This document shows positions 12,149 to 24,842 of a DNA stretch of 64,000 nt, one piece after another (the first letter of the stretch is position 1; every line of letters starts with the position of its first letter). This DNA comes from Squalus acanthias. Taxonomy: Eukaryota. The DNA is taken from the NCBI GenBank assembly GCA_030390025.1, contig CM059433.1, positions 3,968,001-4,032,000 on the forward strand, given 5' to 3'. The position numbers were made by a program, and so were the translations under genes. Below the pieces are notes generated by a model. That model was given only the letters and a program-made list of their open reading frames with translations, had not been told where the DNA came from and ran no database searches.

Positions 12149-14938
12149 GGCCGCGATTTTGCCAGCGCTCAGGGGGCGGGTTCGGAGGCGGGTCAGGTGT
12201 TAAAGTTGCGATGATTGACGGCGGGTCAGAAACCCGCCGCGAACCCGCCTCCATGTGAGTTTCAAGAATGTCGGTTCTGTGATTTCACAACAGCCCCGAC
12301 ACCAAGCAGTGAGTAAGTGATTTAAGGCACTTAACTCCTTGTTAAGTGCTTGTTAACTGCTATTTTGGGAGCCTTTTGCAATTTTCCAACATTTGATTCG
12401 GGTTTCACGATGTTCGGAGATCATGCCAGGTTAGTGTGTCGGGAGGGCCAATGAGCTGGAAAATGCACAGCTGCAACTGCAGTCTAAAAGCTGCACTCTC
12501 ACATCTGCTCAATTTCAGATGTCAGAGGTTGGTGATTTCACGATTTGGGAGACTGTATTGAGGCTGTAAGTATCTGTTGGTAACTCTATATCCACTGTCA
12601 CCTGCATTGCTGGACATAAAAGGCGCCCTGACCCTTCACTGTGCCACCTCAAATTGGGATCACACAAATGGCAACGATGTCAAATGTTCATACAAGATTA
12701 ATTTATTGCAACATAATAAAAGAACAGAAACTTAACATTGAATTCTATGAGAACACCCAAGTGAGTACCCTTGTGATCATTTATGTGTCAGCTTTCTCTT
12801 ATGCGTGCTTCTACGTTGTGCTACCCCTGTGGCTTCAGCAGATGTAGAGACAGCCTGCTCACCTCCCTGCTGCGCCTGCTTAGACGCCTTTGGCGGGCGT
12901 CCTCTGGGTTTTGGGGCCTTTGAAGGCCCCGCCAAAGGCTGCTCCTCCTGCGGCTGCACAGCGGCAGACTCGGCCGTCACTGCTCCGGCAGTCATCTGGG
13001 GCTCTGACCGAGGGGTTGGCAAGGGGATGGCAGTGTGAGCGCTTGGAGAGGAGCCCCCACTTGCATGTTGCCTCCCACCATCATCCCTCTCATGGGCCAC
13101 ACGCACTTCTCTGCTAGCAAGTAGCTGGAGAGCACCTTGCTGCACATCAGTGGGGCCATGAGGACCCGTCCCTGTACTGACATTCCTCATAACGGGGACG
13201 TCCATGTATCTCTGGTTCCTCTCCACGATAGATGCCCATCTATCCTCCATAGCAGACCATCTATTTAGAAGAGTCACCATGTTCATTTGAGTCTGGCGAT
13301 TTATGACCTCCATGGAGGTTGCCATCCTATCCATGGCGGCACCTACATTTGCGTGCGCCATGGCGTTGCTCATGTTTGACATGGACTCCTCCATTCTCTA
13401 CACACTCGCAGTCACCGTGGTTGCAAACCCAGTCAGAGCCTCCTGCACTTGGTCCTGAAGCTCCAGTACCACTCTCTTCCTGGATGGCACCCGATCCTCA
13501 ACGTCTACATGCAACTGAGCAGAGCGAGGAGTGTCCTGCGCCCTCCGGCGAGGAGTCTCCACTGCTGTCCCTGTCTCCACCATCTGCTCTTGTTCACTCG
13601 TGCGTTGTGATACACCAGGTGACAGCACTACTCTATCTTGCAAATGACCCACCGAGGTGTGCGTCTCTGCGCTGGTGCTGGCTCTGCTCCCTCAGAGGAT
13701 GCAGCTTCCTCTGAGGAGTTCTCCTGCTCTTCTTCCTGGACAGTAGGGAGGGGGGCTCTTGATGGTCCTGTGGGGGAGTAAAGACATGAGTTAGACATGT
13801 GATATGTAGATTGCAGACACATCCCATTGTGCACATGATGAGCATTCAATTTCTAATGATATCAGATTCTACATGAGTCACTCATGAATGCCAAATAAGA
13901 TGGATGGAGAATTATTCTGTCACCAGGTTGTTCAACTGAGCCCCTCTCTCCGTCCCCCACTTCGAGCTGTTCCACTGATCACACAATTTCCAGAGCGGCT
14001 TCCTCAGCGTGGGTGAGCTGTGATAAGGATGGTGGTCCTCCTCTTGTTCTCTCCCTCTCCCTCTTATTGTGGGCTCCCTTTTCCTGCAATGAGGGAAAGA
14101 AGTGGAGTTTCAGTGTGAGTGATGGAATGCGTGTAAAGAATGGATAGGATAGATGTTTAGAGAGAGACTGTGAAGGAGTGGGTTCCCATTACCAAGTTCC
14201 CTCCTTTTGAGTTGTTAGTTGTTGTCAGTGCATAACCTTGAGGGTGGGTGTGAGGAGTGCACAGTAAGATGGGGAAGTGATTCTGTGCATAGAGAGAGAG
14301 GGATGGGGGATGATGCAAGGGATGTTGGGTTGAGTCAGGATGTGCAGGAGTAGGGTTGGCAATGCAGAGTGATGGTGATGTGATGACAGGCACAGCAGTA
14401 TTAAGATAAGTGACCTTTTATACTCACTTTTCCAGAACACAGGAGATCATTGAACCTTTTCCTGCATTGGACCCAGGTGCATCTATACACCGACCTGGCA
14501 CTGACCTCCTCAGCTATTCACAGCCAGGCTGCCTTTGTCTGCTGAGGAGGTTTCCTTCTTCCATCAGATGGGTACAGGACCTCCTGAAGTCCTCTGACTC
14601 CCTCCACAAGAACATGGAGGGAGTCCTGGTTGAAGCGGGGAGCTGCCTTTTGTTTCTCTGCAGACATCGTGGTGAGAAGCGGCAGTCAGAAGCACCAGAA
14701 ACCACCTGAGATCTAATGGGGGAAACGGCCCCCTTAAATGCACCGGCTGCAAACGCGTCAGCACATCAGCTGACCAGACCGGCACCTTGTGATCAGGGCG
14801 GGTAACCCACACGGCGGGCTTAACCAGCCCAATCAACGGAAAGTTGTGTCAGCAGACCGACAGGAGCTGTCAGCGGGATGGGAACCCGCCCACTACCATT
14901 CCCGATGCAAACCCGCCTCCAGGAAGAAAATCACGGCC
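12149..14938 (-). mobile_element. PIF/Harbinger DNA transposon derivative (2.8 kb) retaining the Myb/SANT-like gene, no transposase
   Basis: TIRs GGCCGCGATTTT / AAAATCACGGCC, 3-bp TSD TAT (12146-12148, 14939-14941), and an internal three-exon Myb/SANT-like gene. Confidence 0.9.
12777..14667 (-). pseudogene. Harbinger Myb/SANT-like DNA-binding protein pseudogene; exons 14667-14428, 14083-13924, 13767-12777
   Basis: Exon 1 reads MSAEKQKAAPRFNQDSLHVLVEGV...TKAAWL*IAEEVSA...TWVQCRKRFNDLL, a trihelix/Myb-SANT pattern. Introns are GT-AG. Exon 2 EKGAHNKRERERTRGGPP. Exon 3 is acidic, then coiled-coil-like, with a basic C-terminus. In-frame stops in all three exons and one frameshift. Confidence 0.85.
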
Positions 14939-15699
14939 TATGTTTCCCCTGTGTTTAACGGAATTCTGTTCTACAGGCAAAACACAGACGTCTTAAAGAA
15001 ACATCACAGGATAGAAGATTTGTAGTGGCCAAGAGGCAAAGATTTTCTACCAGCCAACGTTGGTCCTATTGATTGATGAACTGCAAGACTAAAAGGAAAG
15101 AAAGTGATGGATAATACCTAGTGATACCTGAACACAAGGAAGGCAGCTGTAGAATCTGATTAGAGCTGATTTGGGCTTTACAATAAACTTCGACAATAAA
15201 CTTTCGTTAATAATTGCACAGTGAAGAGGTCAGTTTATTTTTTTATATACCAAGTCATTGTATTCGCTAGAAAGATTATTTTTTTTTAAGTCACAACTAA
15301 ACTATTGCCACATTAAATGAGTTGTACAATCACTGTCAAATATCCTCCATGGTTTAGTGTCCGTGGCAGGGTAGTTTAGCCTGGGCAATGATGTGATGGA
15401 ACAAGTTTTAAATCCATTGATTTCAGCGTTCTATAACAGGCGGGTTGAAAATTATTCCCTCTGTGTCCTAAAAGTGCAAATTGTCTTCTTGTTGATTTCA
15501 GTGAGAGGATCGGGAATTCAGCTCTAAGTTCCACCAGTACAAGTCGTAGCATTTCTTTTAAGAAAGCAGCTTCCATTGCTAGCAAAGACCTTACTTGGCG
15601 TGTAGCTTTCATCAGATTTGCAGTCTGTAACTGTACAAAGAGTCTTCACGTTGTTTTTCATCTGGACTGAACGCTTACTCAACTAGGTTGAGACTCATC

Positions 15700-16251
15700 T
15701 TTTATTTTTATTTGTTTATGGGATGTGGGCGTCGCTGGCAAGGCCAGCATTTATTGCCCATCCCTAATTGCCCTTGAGAAGGTGGTGGTGAGCCGCCGCC
15801 TTGAACCGCTGCAGTCCGTGTGGTGAAGGTGCTCCCACAGTGCTGTTAGGGAGGGAGTTCCAGGATTTTGACCCAGCGACAATGAAGGGTCGGCTGATAT
15901 ATTTCCAAGTCAGGATGGTGTGTGACTTGGAGGGGAACTTGGAGGTGGTGGTGTTCCCATGTGCCTGCTGCCCTTGTCCTTCTAGGTGGAAGAGGCCGCG
16001 GGTTTGGGAGGTGCTGCCGAAGAAGCCTTGGTGAGTTGCTGCAGTGAATCTTGTAGATGGTACACACTGCAGCCACGGTACGTCGGTGGTGGAGGGAGTG
16101 AATGTTTAAGGTGGTGGATGGGGTGCCAATCAAGCGGGCTGATTTGTCCTGGATGGTGTCGAGCTGCTTGAGTGTTGTTGGAGCTGCACTCATCCAGGCA
16201 AGTGGAGAGTATTCCATCACACTCCTGACTTGTGCCTTGTAGATGGTGGAA
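15700..16251 (-). mobile_element. Family A LINE 3' fragment
   Basis: STIYKAQVRSVMEYSPLAW... with matching 3' UTR and tail. Confidence 0.95.
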
Positions 16252-16785
16252 ATCTGATTGGCAGTAAGTTTCCAGACTGTCATCCTGCAACTGATCCACA
16301 CCAAATCCTAGTTTAGAGACCAAACAGCCTGTGAGCCCACCTATGCTCACATAGTGCCAGCTGTTCCCAGTTTCTTTGGGTCTTCTGTAGGTCAAGTCTT
16401 ACTTGGGATGGTTATTTTTCTGAAGTGTTCGTGATCTGCAATGCATGTCCACGTTTATTTCCTGTTTCTGAGGAGTTGCAGGAATTCCAGCAGCAGTGTC
16501 TGTAATTGGAACAACAACACTGAGGGGTGAGATGAAGGCAATATATTGCACAACAAGCTTTAAACAGACACTACACTCAGTGGGGGAGAATTTCCGCAGA
16601 GCGTTTCCTGATCATCGACCATAATTTCAACAAAAGAACTGTGGAAATGCCGTAAGAAAGTTGTCTGGGTTTCCGTAGCTCTTTTACCGAAATTACGGCA
16701 GATGCTCCACAGAAACCGCCCCCGCCCCCACCCCCGCCCCCACCCATCAAAAACTCACCACCTGCAACTTTTTCAATCCCCGCTC

Positions 16786-17351
16786 CAACAACAACAACAA
16801 CTTGTATTTATATAGCGTCTTTAATGTAGTAAAACGTCCCAAGGCGCTGCACAGGAGTACTTTAAGACAAAAAAATTTGACACCGATCCACATAAGGATA
16901 AATTAGGGCAGTGACCAAAAGCTTGGTCAAAGAGGTCGGTTTTAAGGAGCGTCATAAAGGAGGAAAGAGAGGTAGCGAGGCGGAGAGGTTTAGGCAGGGA
17001 ATTCCAGAGCTTAGGGCCCAGGCAACAGAAGGCACGGCCACCAAAGGTTGAGCGATTATAATCAAGGATGTTCAAGAGGGCAGGATTAGAGGAGCGCAGA
17101 TATCTCGGGGGGGGGTTGTGGGGCTGAAGGAGATTACAGAGATAGGGAGGGGTGAGGCCATGGAGAGATTTGAAAACAAGGATGAGAATTTTGAAATCGA
17201 GGCGCTGCTTAACCGGGAGCCAATGTAGGTCAGCGAGCACAGGGGAGATGGGCGAACGGGACTTGGTGCGAGTTAGGACACGGGCAGCCGAGTTTTGGAT
17301 GACCTCAAGTTTACGTAGGGTGGAATGTGGGAGACCAGCCAGGAGTGCGTT
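16786..17351 (-). mobile_element. L2-clade LINE 3' fragment
   Basis: LHWLPVKQRLDFKILILVFKSLHGL.PPYL is typical of the L2 ORF2 C-terminus; (TTG)n tail. Confidence 0.9.
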
Positions 17352-17683
17352 AATGGATGGAAAGTCATGTGGGACATGCCGTCCTCTGTGCCCAAATTCC
17401 TAGTATGTGTTCCGTCATGCAACACTCTACACTGGGATTGCTAATCTACTCTGGTGGCCACTAGGTGCAAACTTTGGGATGAACACTTGAGGTGCCGATG
17501 GAGGAAGCGCAGTAGAGGAGGTCGCACCTTTGGGATCTCAGTGCAAGCTCCCTGTTAAATGACAGAAAACCATGAGGACACTTGACCGCCATGTCTGAAC
17601 TCCCAATATGCATTCCCAGTGGGCAAAGATTCATGCTGGGGTTGCAAATTCACAAAATCTTCCCCGTACAGTTTACGTACAAT

Positions 17684-18378
17684 GGGCCGGATATTCCGAT
17701 CCCTATGGGTGGGTACACGCTGTGTACACACCCGTAGGGACATCGGAAATGCCGGTTTCAGGCATGCACAGCGCATGCGCTGGAAACTGGCATTTCCGAT
17801 CTGTCAAGAATCCTCTTGACAGATCCTCCGGCTGCCCGGGAGAAGGGCCTCTGCGGGCGGATAGTTCCGCTTTTTGGAGACCCTCCGCCCGCAGAAAACA
17901 CTTACAATTCTTGCGCCTGGTAACTGATTTATCATTTAAAAATACTTTAAAAAAAGGTAAGTTTATTTTTAGCGCCGTAAAAAACTTTAATTATTATTTT
18001 CAAAAATTTTAATTTTTGTTTAAAATAGTTAATTTATTGTAATTTCAAGTCATTTTAAAAATGTGATTTTTAAAATAAAATTTATTTAAAGTTTTACTAT
18101 GTTTTGGGGGTGATCTCCTATTCATATATTTGACAGGTCTTCCTGTCAAGTGTATGAAGGGAGATTCCCTTCTGTGATTGGCTCCCCATGGCCCACGTGA
18201 TCCCAGGGACGCTGCGAACTACCTGCGCCTCTGGGATACGTGGGCCCTGCGCACTTGGAGTTTGGTGAGGCCCAGCAGCGGAAGTGTGCGCCTCCCGGGA
18301 GCCCTCAGGTAAGGGCGCAGATTTTTCCAGATCGCAGGCCTCCGTCCGCGGGAGGCCTGCAATCGGAATATCTGGGCC
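17684..18378. mobile_element. Harbinger-type MITE, family C
   Basis: TIRs GGGCCGGATATTCCGAT / ATCGGAATATCTGGGCC, TSD AAT, GC-rich arms around an AT-rich core. Inverted homologue at 35231-35951. Confidence 0.9.
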
Positions 18379-19419
18379 AATGTCTTAAGTTTGTCTATAA
18401 GTGTTATCGCTTGATATGCTATATCTGTCTGTAAGATGAAAGGAGCCAAAGATTAGAACAGTGGCCCAAAAATCCAGAGTTGTACTGGCGTGCTGATGCC
18501 CAGATCCAGATACACTGGATCCCAGAATTCCGCTGAAGTACCGGGGATGGCCCCTTGGGGGCAGAACCTGCACCCACCGCAAACATGGTCATTGTCACAA
18601 GTGGGTAGGGCCGGGCTATGCAGGGACAGCCTACATTGCGAGTTCCCACATCCCGGGCTCTCAGTGAGAACTGGTGACGGTTGGCAGTTGTACACCTGAT
18701 CCGACGAGGTATAACTACCCACTGAGAGGCAGAAGTGAGACCAACCTGTTTCCCAGGCCGGATCCACAAAGAAAAAAGGGGGAAATCTTTAAATGCGGCC
18801 CCCTTTACAGAGGAGGCCACTGGAGGCAGCCATAGATTATTTCAGTGGGAAACCGACCGGCCCACCCACATCTGCCAGTCATTTCAGCATCGTTACAGTG
18901 TCAGGCACACTAGATGTGGAGCGGGCACCCGTCATTGGCAAATGAGTCAAACTCCACCTGAGCCCAGCGGGGTTATTCGTGGACGCCAAGACGCATCCGA
19001 TCGCAAATGTTTGGGGTCAATAAATTTCAGCAGCAAGTGCAAGTGTTTCTGTTATATCCCAGTCTAGATATGAACCCATTTTCCTATCCATCCTGGGGTA
19101 TATAAGGATTCTGCTAACGTATATATGATTTAATCTGTGCAACCAAACAAGGATGCATCGAGAAAACCATTTAAACAAAGTAATCCTTGTGGTTCCATTT
19201 TTTCAATGCAGCTGTTTTGCACTATTGGAGCAAAGTGCACTCAGCCAAGGTGTGAGCTGTATATCTCGCAAGGCCTAAAGGGATTATGATTCTGACAGTT
19301 GTCATAAAAGGCAGCGTCTGTGCCCTGGAATATGCTGATATCGTGCTGTAGTGACAGCGCGGATGGAGGAGTTACGCGGCATAAGCTGTTTCTACCCCAA
19401 TGTTATGCCTAGACTTTTG

Positions 19420-20246
19420 GGGGGGAAAATTCAGTTGGTTAGCGTCTCCGGGGGGAGCTAACGGGGCGCTAGGAGCTTAGCGCCCGAGCGTGGCGATTTT
19501 AGCACCGCTCACGAAATTGACCAGTCATTTTGCAGCAGCGCTAAACACTATCGCCACGATCTCCTGCGCCCGCAGATCGCGACATCAGTCGAGCGTGCAG
19601 CGCCCCGGTAGCGCCCCGGACCGGATATTGAGTCGCGTCCCCTGCCTTAGCGCCTGCCGCTAGGAACGACAGGTAGAGGGGAACGTTTTCAAGTCGGGAA
19701 GGGGCTGGGGGAGCGCTATTTAAAGGCGGGCACTTCCTGCCTTTTCTTGTCGGTGAAATTTATGGTACACACAGGTTGAGAGGGAGAGAGACGTCTGGAG
19801 AGATTTAATGCTGTCCTAAGGAGTTTTGGTCCTCAGCACCACTTCTGAGGTTCCTAATCGCCGAGCTCTTTCCCTGGGCCTATCCATTAGTGCTTCCGAC
19901 ACAATTGCTTTCGAGGTCTCTCCAGGCCGAGATTCAAGGCTGCAATGAGCAGGGAGTGGCTGGCCAGCAAGATGGCCCCTCCCCTTTAAGAACTGGACGG
20001 CGCCAGTCTGTCTGGCTTCCATGGTAACGGACATCGCCTGAGCTTCGGTAACGTTCTGAGGTAGCGCCTCGCTCCCCGACGTTAGCGCCTTAAGAGAGGT
20101 GTGTAGCGCCTGATTTAGCGCTCCAATCACCTCCAGGGGGCGATAGAGGCGAATTTTGCAGTCGGAGGCGATAATTAGTGCCGGGCGCTAAACTTTGCGC
20201 CCGGTCGATATTAGCGCCCCAAATGGGCGATACCCAATTTTCCCCC
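19420..20246. mobile_element. Harbinger-type non-autonomous element, family B, copy 2
   Basis: TIRs GGGGGAAAATT / AATTTTCCCCC, TSD TTG, collinear with 9087-9980. Confidence 0.85.
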
Positions 20247-20779
20247 TTGCTTTTCTATTGACATGTATTTAAGGGGTAATTGATGTCACACCCAAGTGGA
20301 GAGCAGGAAGAGCACATTGGAGATTATGGTGAGCACTGTGCACAACCTTCTGACTTTAATGATCTGAAAATCACACACAACCCACACTGAAACTCCTGGC
20401 ATACGCCCTTGCCGGGTGAGGCTTCCCGCTGTAAGTGAGATGTTAGAAAATTACCCCAGGCCACACACAAAGTTATAGCAACAAAGACCTTTGAACTCTT
20501 GTCAACAGCATGATACTTGACTGGCCAGTTTACACTTATTTTCTTTCTAAACAGTGATTATTTAAAAAAAAACAGTACATGCACGGAGAATATTGATGGC
20601 CATCCGAGGGGCACAGTAAGTAACCATGAGTTTCATGCAGACAGTAACAAGGCATCCTCTGTGTATGTCACCAATATGCTGGGGTTTGCCAGTGCGTTAC
20701 AAATTTGTAAAAAAAAAGGGTTTTCTGTGAGTAGCTGCTTTCATTACGGGGGCTGACCTCTCTTTTAATTTCATTTTCT

Positions 20780-21289
20780 TGGCTTTCTCTCTTTTGTTTC
20801 TATCTTGGTATTGATACTCTGTGTTTGCTTCGCTGGAGTGCTTTCTGTGTCTGTTTCTTTATTTGCTGGAAATCTCTTTTGTCTTTGTTGGAGTTTCCGT
20901 TCTCATTTTTTTTGCTATCTTTCTTAACTTTAGTGTTCCTTCTCATTCTCTCCTGTCTTTGCTGAAGTGATTCCTCTCTCTAACTTTGCCAAGAGTTACT
21001 CCTTCCTCCATCTCTTATCTTTGGTGGATTGACTCCTCTATCTTTGTCTCCGCTCTGTTGGAGTAACTCCTACCTCTATCTCCACCTCTTAACTCTGTTG
21101 GAGTGATTCCTCTCTGTGTCTTTATCTCATCTTTGTTGGAGTAACTCCTCTCTCTACTTCTATCTTGCCTTTGCTAGAGTGACTCCTCTCTATCTCTACC
21201 TTTGATCTTTGTTGGAATGTCTCCTTTCTCTATCTCACCTTTGCTGCATTTGCTCCTCTCTCTGTGTCTTCACTTTGCCAAAGTGACTC
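20780..21289. repeat. Degenerate pyrimidine-rich minisatellite (CTTTGyTGGAGTrACTCCTCTC...), continuing at about 22570-22620
   Basis: Recurrent units of roughly 35-40 bp; the array resumes after the LTR insertion. Confidence 0.7.
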
Positions 21290-22569
21290 TGTGAAGGAAT
21301 AAGCATTATAGCCATATTCAGAAAACTTCACCATTCTATGAAATATTTTTATTTTATTAAAACATGACAAACTAGGCTTGAAAATCTAAAAGCCTCAACA
21401 ATGGTAAAGCTGTAAACAGCATACAGGCTTTTGAGATAAAATAAGTTGTTGACACTGAAACAATAGCCTTGTTGGAACAGGAGGTTGGAGGGTCCCGAAA
21501 GTCTGAAGCTTTGGAAAGAACACAATACCATACCCAGTTAAAGTGTCTTAAACCAACACTTTGAAATGAATCACATAAATTAAAGAAACGTATGCCTTCG
21601 TAAATATGACATCAAATGAAACACGGAGACACGATTATGTGTTGCAACCAACTGAGGTAACTAAGAAGACAATGGTGCATCCGGTCGAGGTGTTCTAAAT
21701 GCAAAAGATACAAACAGAAGACCTTCATAAGAATTACATCAAATAGATGCACCAGCTCCACACCGTTTTTTATGATAAGCTTCGAACACCTAAAGGTAAA
21801 GACACGAGTCTGAATGCGACAAGCTGAACTAACTGTAAGAATAACAGGGGTCAACAGAAAAATGACTAGAGATAATTAGCTTCCATCAGCAGAAAGCTTC
21901 AAAGGATATACCACTGAGAAAGGCTATAAATATAGAACTTTCAAATAGGAAGATAGATTTGCTGAAAGGGGCAAAGTGATTTTAGGCTTCAGAGGCAAGC
22001 TCTGTAAGTCTTCAACTCTTTGTATCTCGGGGATCAAAAAGGTATCAAAGGTATTTGATTTTGGTGGATATCCTGGAATAGACTAAGAAATGTAAAAATG
22101 TAATGAAGTTAAGATTTGAGAATAAGGATCTCTGATAATAAGATTGTAAAAGCTTACTCTTTTTGGAATTGTTAAAGTTGCGATTGAATCACCAGCTGTA
22201 AACTTCATGTCGGTTCTTAATAAATCTCTATAATTTTAGAATTGTCTCACATAGTACTTCTGTATCAAACTCGTGAACTCAATCTCTGTACACTCTTTGG
22301 TGAGGAGTTGCAGAATTCTGAGGGGGTTTTGCGGACCCTCATAATATCCAGAACGTTACAGTCTAGCTAAACTTATTAAAAGTGCTATCTGGAGGACGGT
22401 AACATTTTCAGGCTGTTCTTTCCTTTAGGGAGAGATAGTCTGACCTTTAGACCCAATTAAGTGTCTTTAGGATCCGGCTACCTCTAACTTTAGTTGAAGG
22501 TGAACGTCTGGGGAATACGCCTGATCCGGGGTAGCCCAAAAGGGGCTAGGACTAGTAATTATCCCTTCA
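21290..22569 (+). mobile_element. Solo LTR (1280 bp; Gypsy or ERV type)
   Basis: Ends TGTGAAGG...CCTTCA, 4-bp TSD ACTC (21286-21289, 22570-22573), TATAAAT at 21925, AATAAA at 22219. It interrupts a minisatellite. Confidence 0.75.
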
Positions 22570-23250
22570 ACTCCACTCTCTACCTCTTGTCTTTGCTGGA
22601 GTGTCATCTTTTTCTGTTTTTTCCAGCACTGCTGCTTTCTCTTTTTCCTCATCTACCGTCTGTCCTTGCATTACCAGATGTATGACCCATCACCTCTGTC
22701 TCTCTCCATATCTAACATTTCTCTTCCCGTGGTTGTTTCCAATCCTTCTCCGCGTTTGATTGCAATTTCGCCCACCTCCATTTTCCATTCCTGCTCAAGA
22801 CCCATTTTATGTGGTTTCACTGGACTCCACAGGGAGTGCCAGTGGTATTCAGCTCATTTCTCAATAAGAAATGAGGAAAAGCAACGCTGATTCGAGATGG
22901 GGCAGGGAGGGGCCGGAAGTGGGCTGAGATGAATGGAAGTTCAGAAGTCGGCCTGGAGAAGTGTGGGGAGGGAGAAGCAGAGACAAGGATTGATAATTGG
23001 ACAATGAAATCAACAGGGGAAAACCCTGGTCTGCTTATGCATATGAGGGGTGGTGATGAAGTGGAATTTCTATAAATTATAGAACTCCCTGTAGATATGA
23101 GGATACATATATTATCAGTTTACTGTCATTTAAAGCAATGGGGTTCAAAACTAGTTTGTAAATCCTTGGATTGAGTTTTCTTCTCTCTTTGTCCGCTACC
23201 TTTCATGGTGATGTCACATTGGCGTAACCCCCACAGAATATTGTGACTTA

Positions 23251-23993
23251 GGGCTGGATTTTGAATGACCCATGGAGTCGGGTTTGGAGGCGTGTGGGGG
23301 GTTAAATTTGCAGGGTCGGGGTTTCCGACCCCATCCCGCCTCCACGCAATTTTGACAAAATCAGTCGCGGGGTTCCCGACTCCGTCCCACCTCCAAGAGG
23401 CGGGAGAGGCCATTAAAGCCCTTAACAAGCTCTAAATTGGCTCTGTAATGCCATTTTGAAACGTTTTAGCTAGTTTAACCCTTTTCTGACGTGAAGTACG
23501 CCTGGTGTGAAACACGCCAGTGAAACCTGGCGGGAGCACAAGTGGACAGCTGACTATCAGCTGCAGGTCCACTATTACAACGGAGATGTGATGAAGGTAG
23601 TAGTAGTATTAGGTCTGAAAGTCGCCGCTGCTGCATTGAATGTGTTCAGAGACTGCCTGGCCTTTGCTGTGAGAGGACTTGGATGCAAAAAAAAGTTCTC
23701 TCTCTCTCTCTCCCCCCCATATTTTGTATCCAGGTCCACTCACATCAAAAGCAAGCCAGGCAGGTCCTCTCTCACCAACAGTCTCTGAGACTAGGCAGTC
23801 AGCAATGATGACACCATCAGAGGCGACTTTCAGACTGAAAGCACTAATTAGTTCATGGGTTCCCACATGCTCGAACTCAATTGCCCAATTAAGTGAAAAT
23901 TGCATCATTCATCCACATTAATCTGGAGTCGGGGGGGGAACACGAAATGCGGATTACACGACCCCAACCCGACCCCAAGACAAAATCCAGCCC
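23251..23993. mobile_element. Harbinger-type MITE
   Basis: Perfect 13-bp TIRs GGGCTGGATTTTG / CAAAATCCAGCCC; no clean TSD. Confidence 0.75.
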
Positions 23994-24509
23994 ATCGTTT
24001 CAGTAATGGGCACAATTTTCAAATATATTTCCTACTTAGAACAGCTGAAAATAGTCATCAAAGTGAGATGGCAGCTTTCAACAACCATATTGATTGGTTT
24101 TATGATATTCATTAACACTGTAGTTTTTTTTAGTTCTGTATTGAGCTCAGTGCCGATCCCAAGAGACATGGCTAAATAACGGTAGGTTTATTAAACTGTA
24201 ATCTATAGGATGTACCATGAGTGTATTGTGAACACGATGCTATTTTGAGGATATCCCACTCATAACAGGAAATACGTTGCCACTCACAGCCAGGATCAAA
24301 GTCAAGACAATACAACAAATGGCACAGGGCCCACATGTTGCATTGATTATATTGCATTATAGTGATGTCTTGTGATTTGTCACCTTGGTCTTGCTGCATG
24401 AGCCCTTATGCCCCCTCCCCACATTTAACACTTATTCATAAATGCTTACAATATAGCACTGTTGGAGTTTACTGTAGCTTTAGCTTGTCTGAGTGAGGGC
24501 AGAATAAGG

Positions 24510-24842
24510 GAATGGCAGCACAGAGGTAATGTTACTGGACTAATAATCCGGTGACAAGGAGTTCAAATCCCACCCCTGGGCAGCTGGGGGAATTTAATTT
24601 CAGTTAATTAAATAAATCTGGAATTAAAAAGCTAGAATCAGTAATGGTGACCATAAAACTACTAGATTGTCATATAAAACCCAACTGGTTCACTAATGTC
24701 CTTTAGGAAAAGAAATCTGCCGTCCTTACCCGGTCTGGCCTATGTGTGACTCCAGACCCACAGCAATGTGGTTGACTCTTAACTGCCCTCTGAAATGGCC
24801 CAGCGAGGCACTCAAGGGCAAAATTGGGACAGGCAATAAATA
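24510..24842 (+). mobile_element. tRNA-headed SINE ending in family A LINE sequence
   Basis: Degenerate A box and B box GAGTTCAAATCCC. 3' part CTGCCCTCTGAAATGGCC...CACTC matches LINE 3551-3581, and AAGGGCAA...GGCAATAAAT matches the LINE 3' end. Confidence 0.8.

Noticed and set aside
12777..13394. Stand-alone 205-aa host protein
   Set aside because: It is the distal part of exon 3 of the Harbinger Myb/SANT pseudogene.
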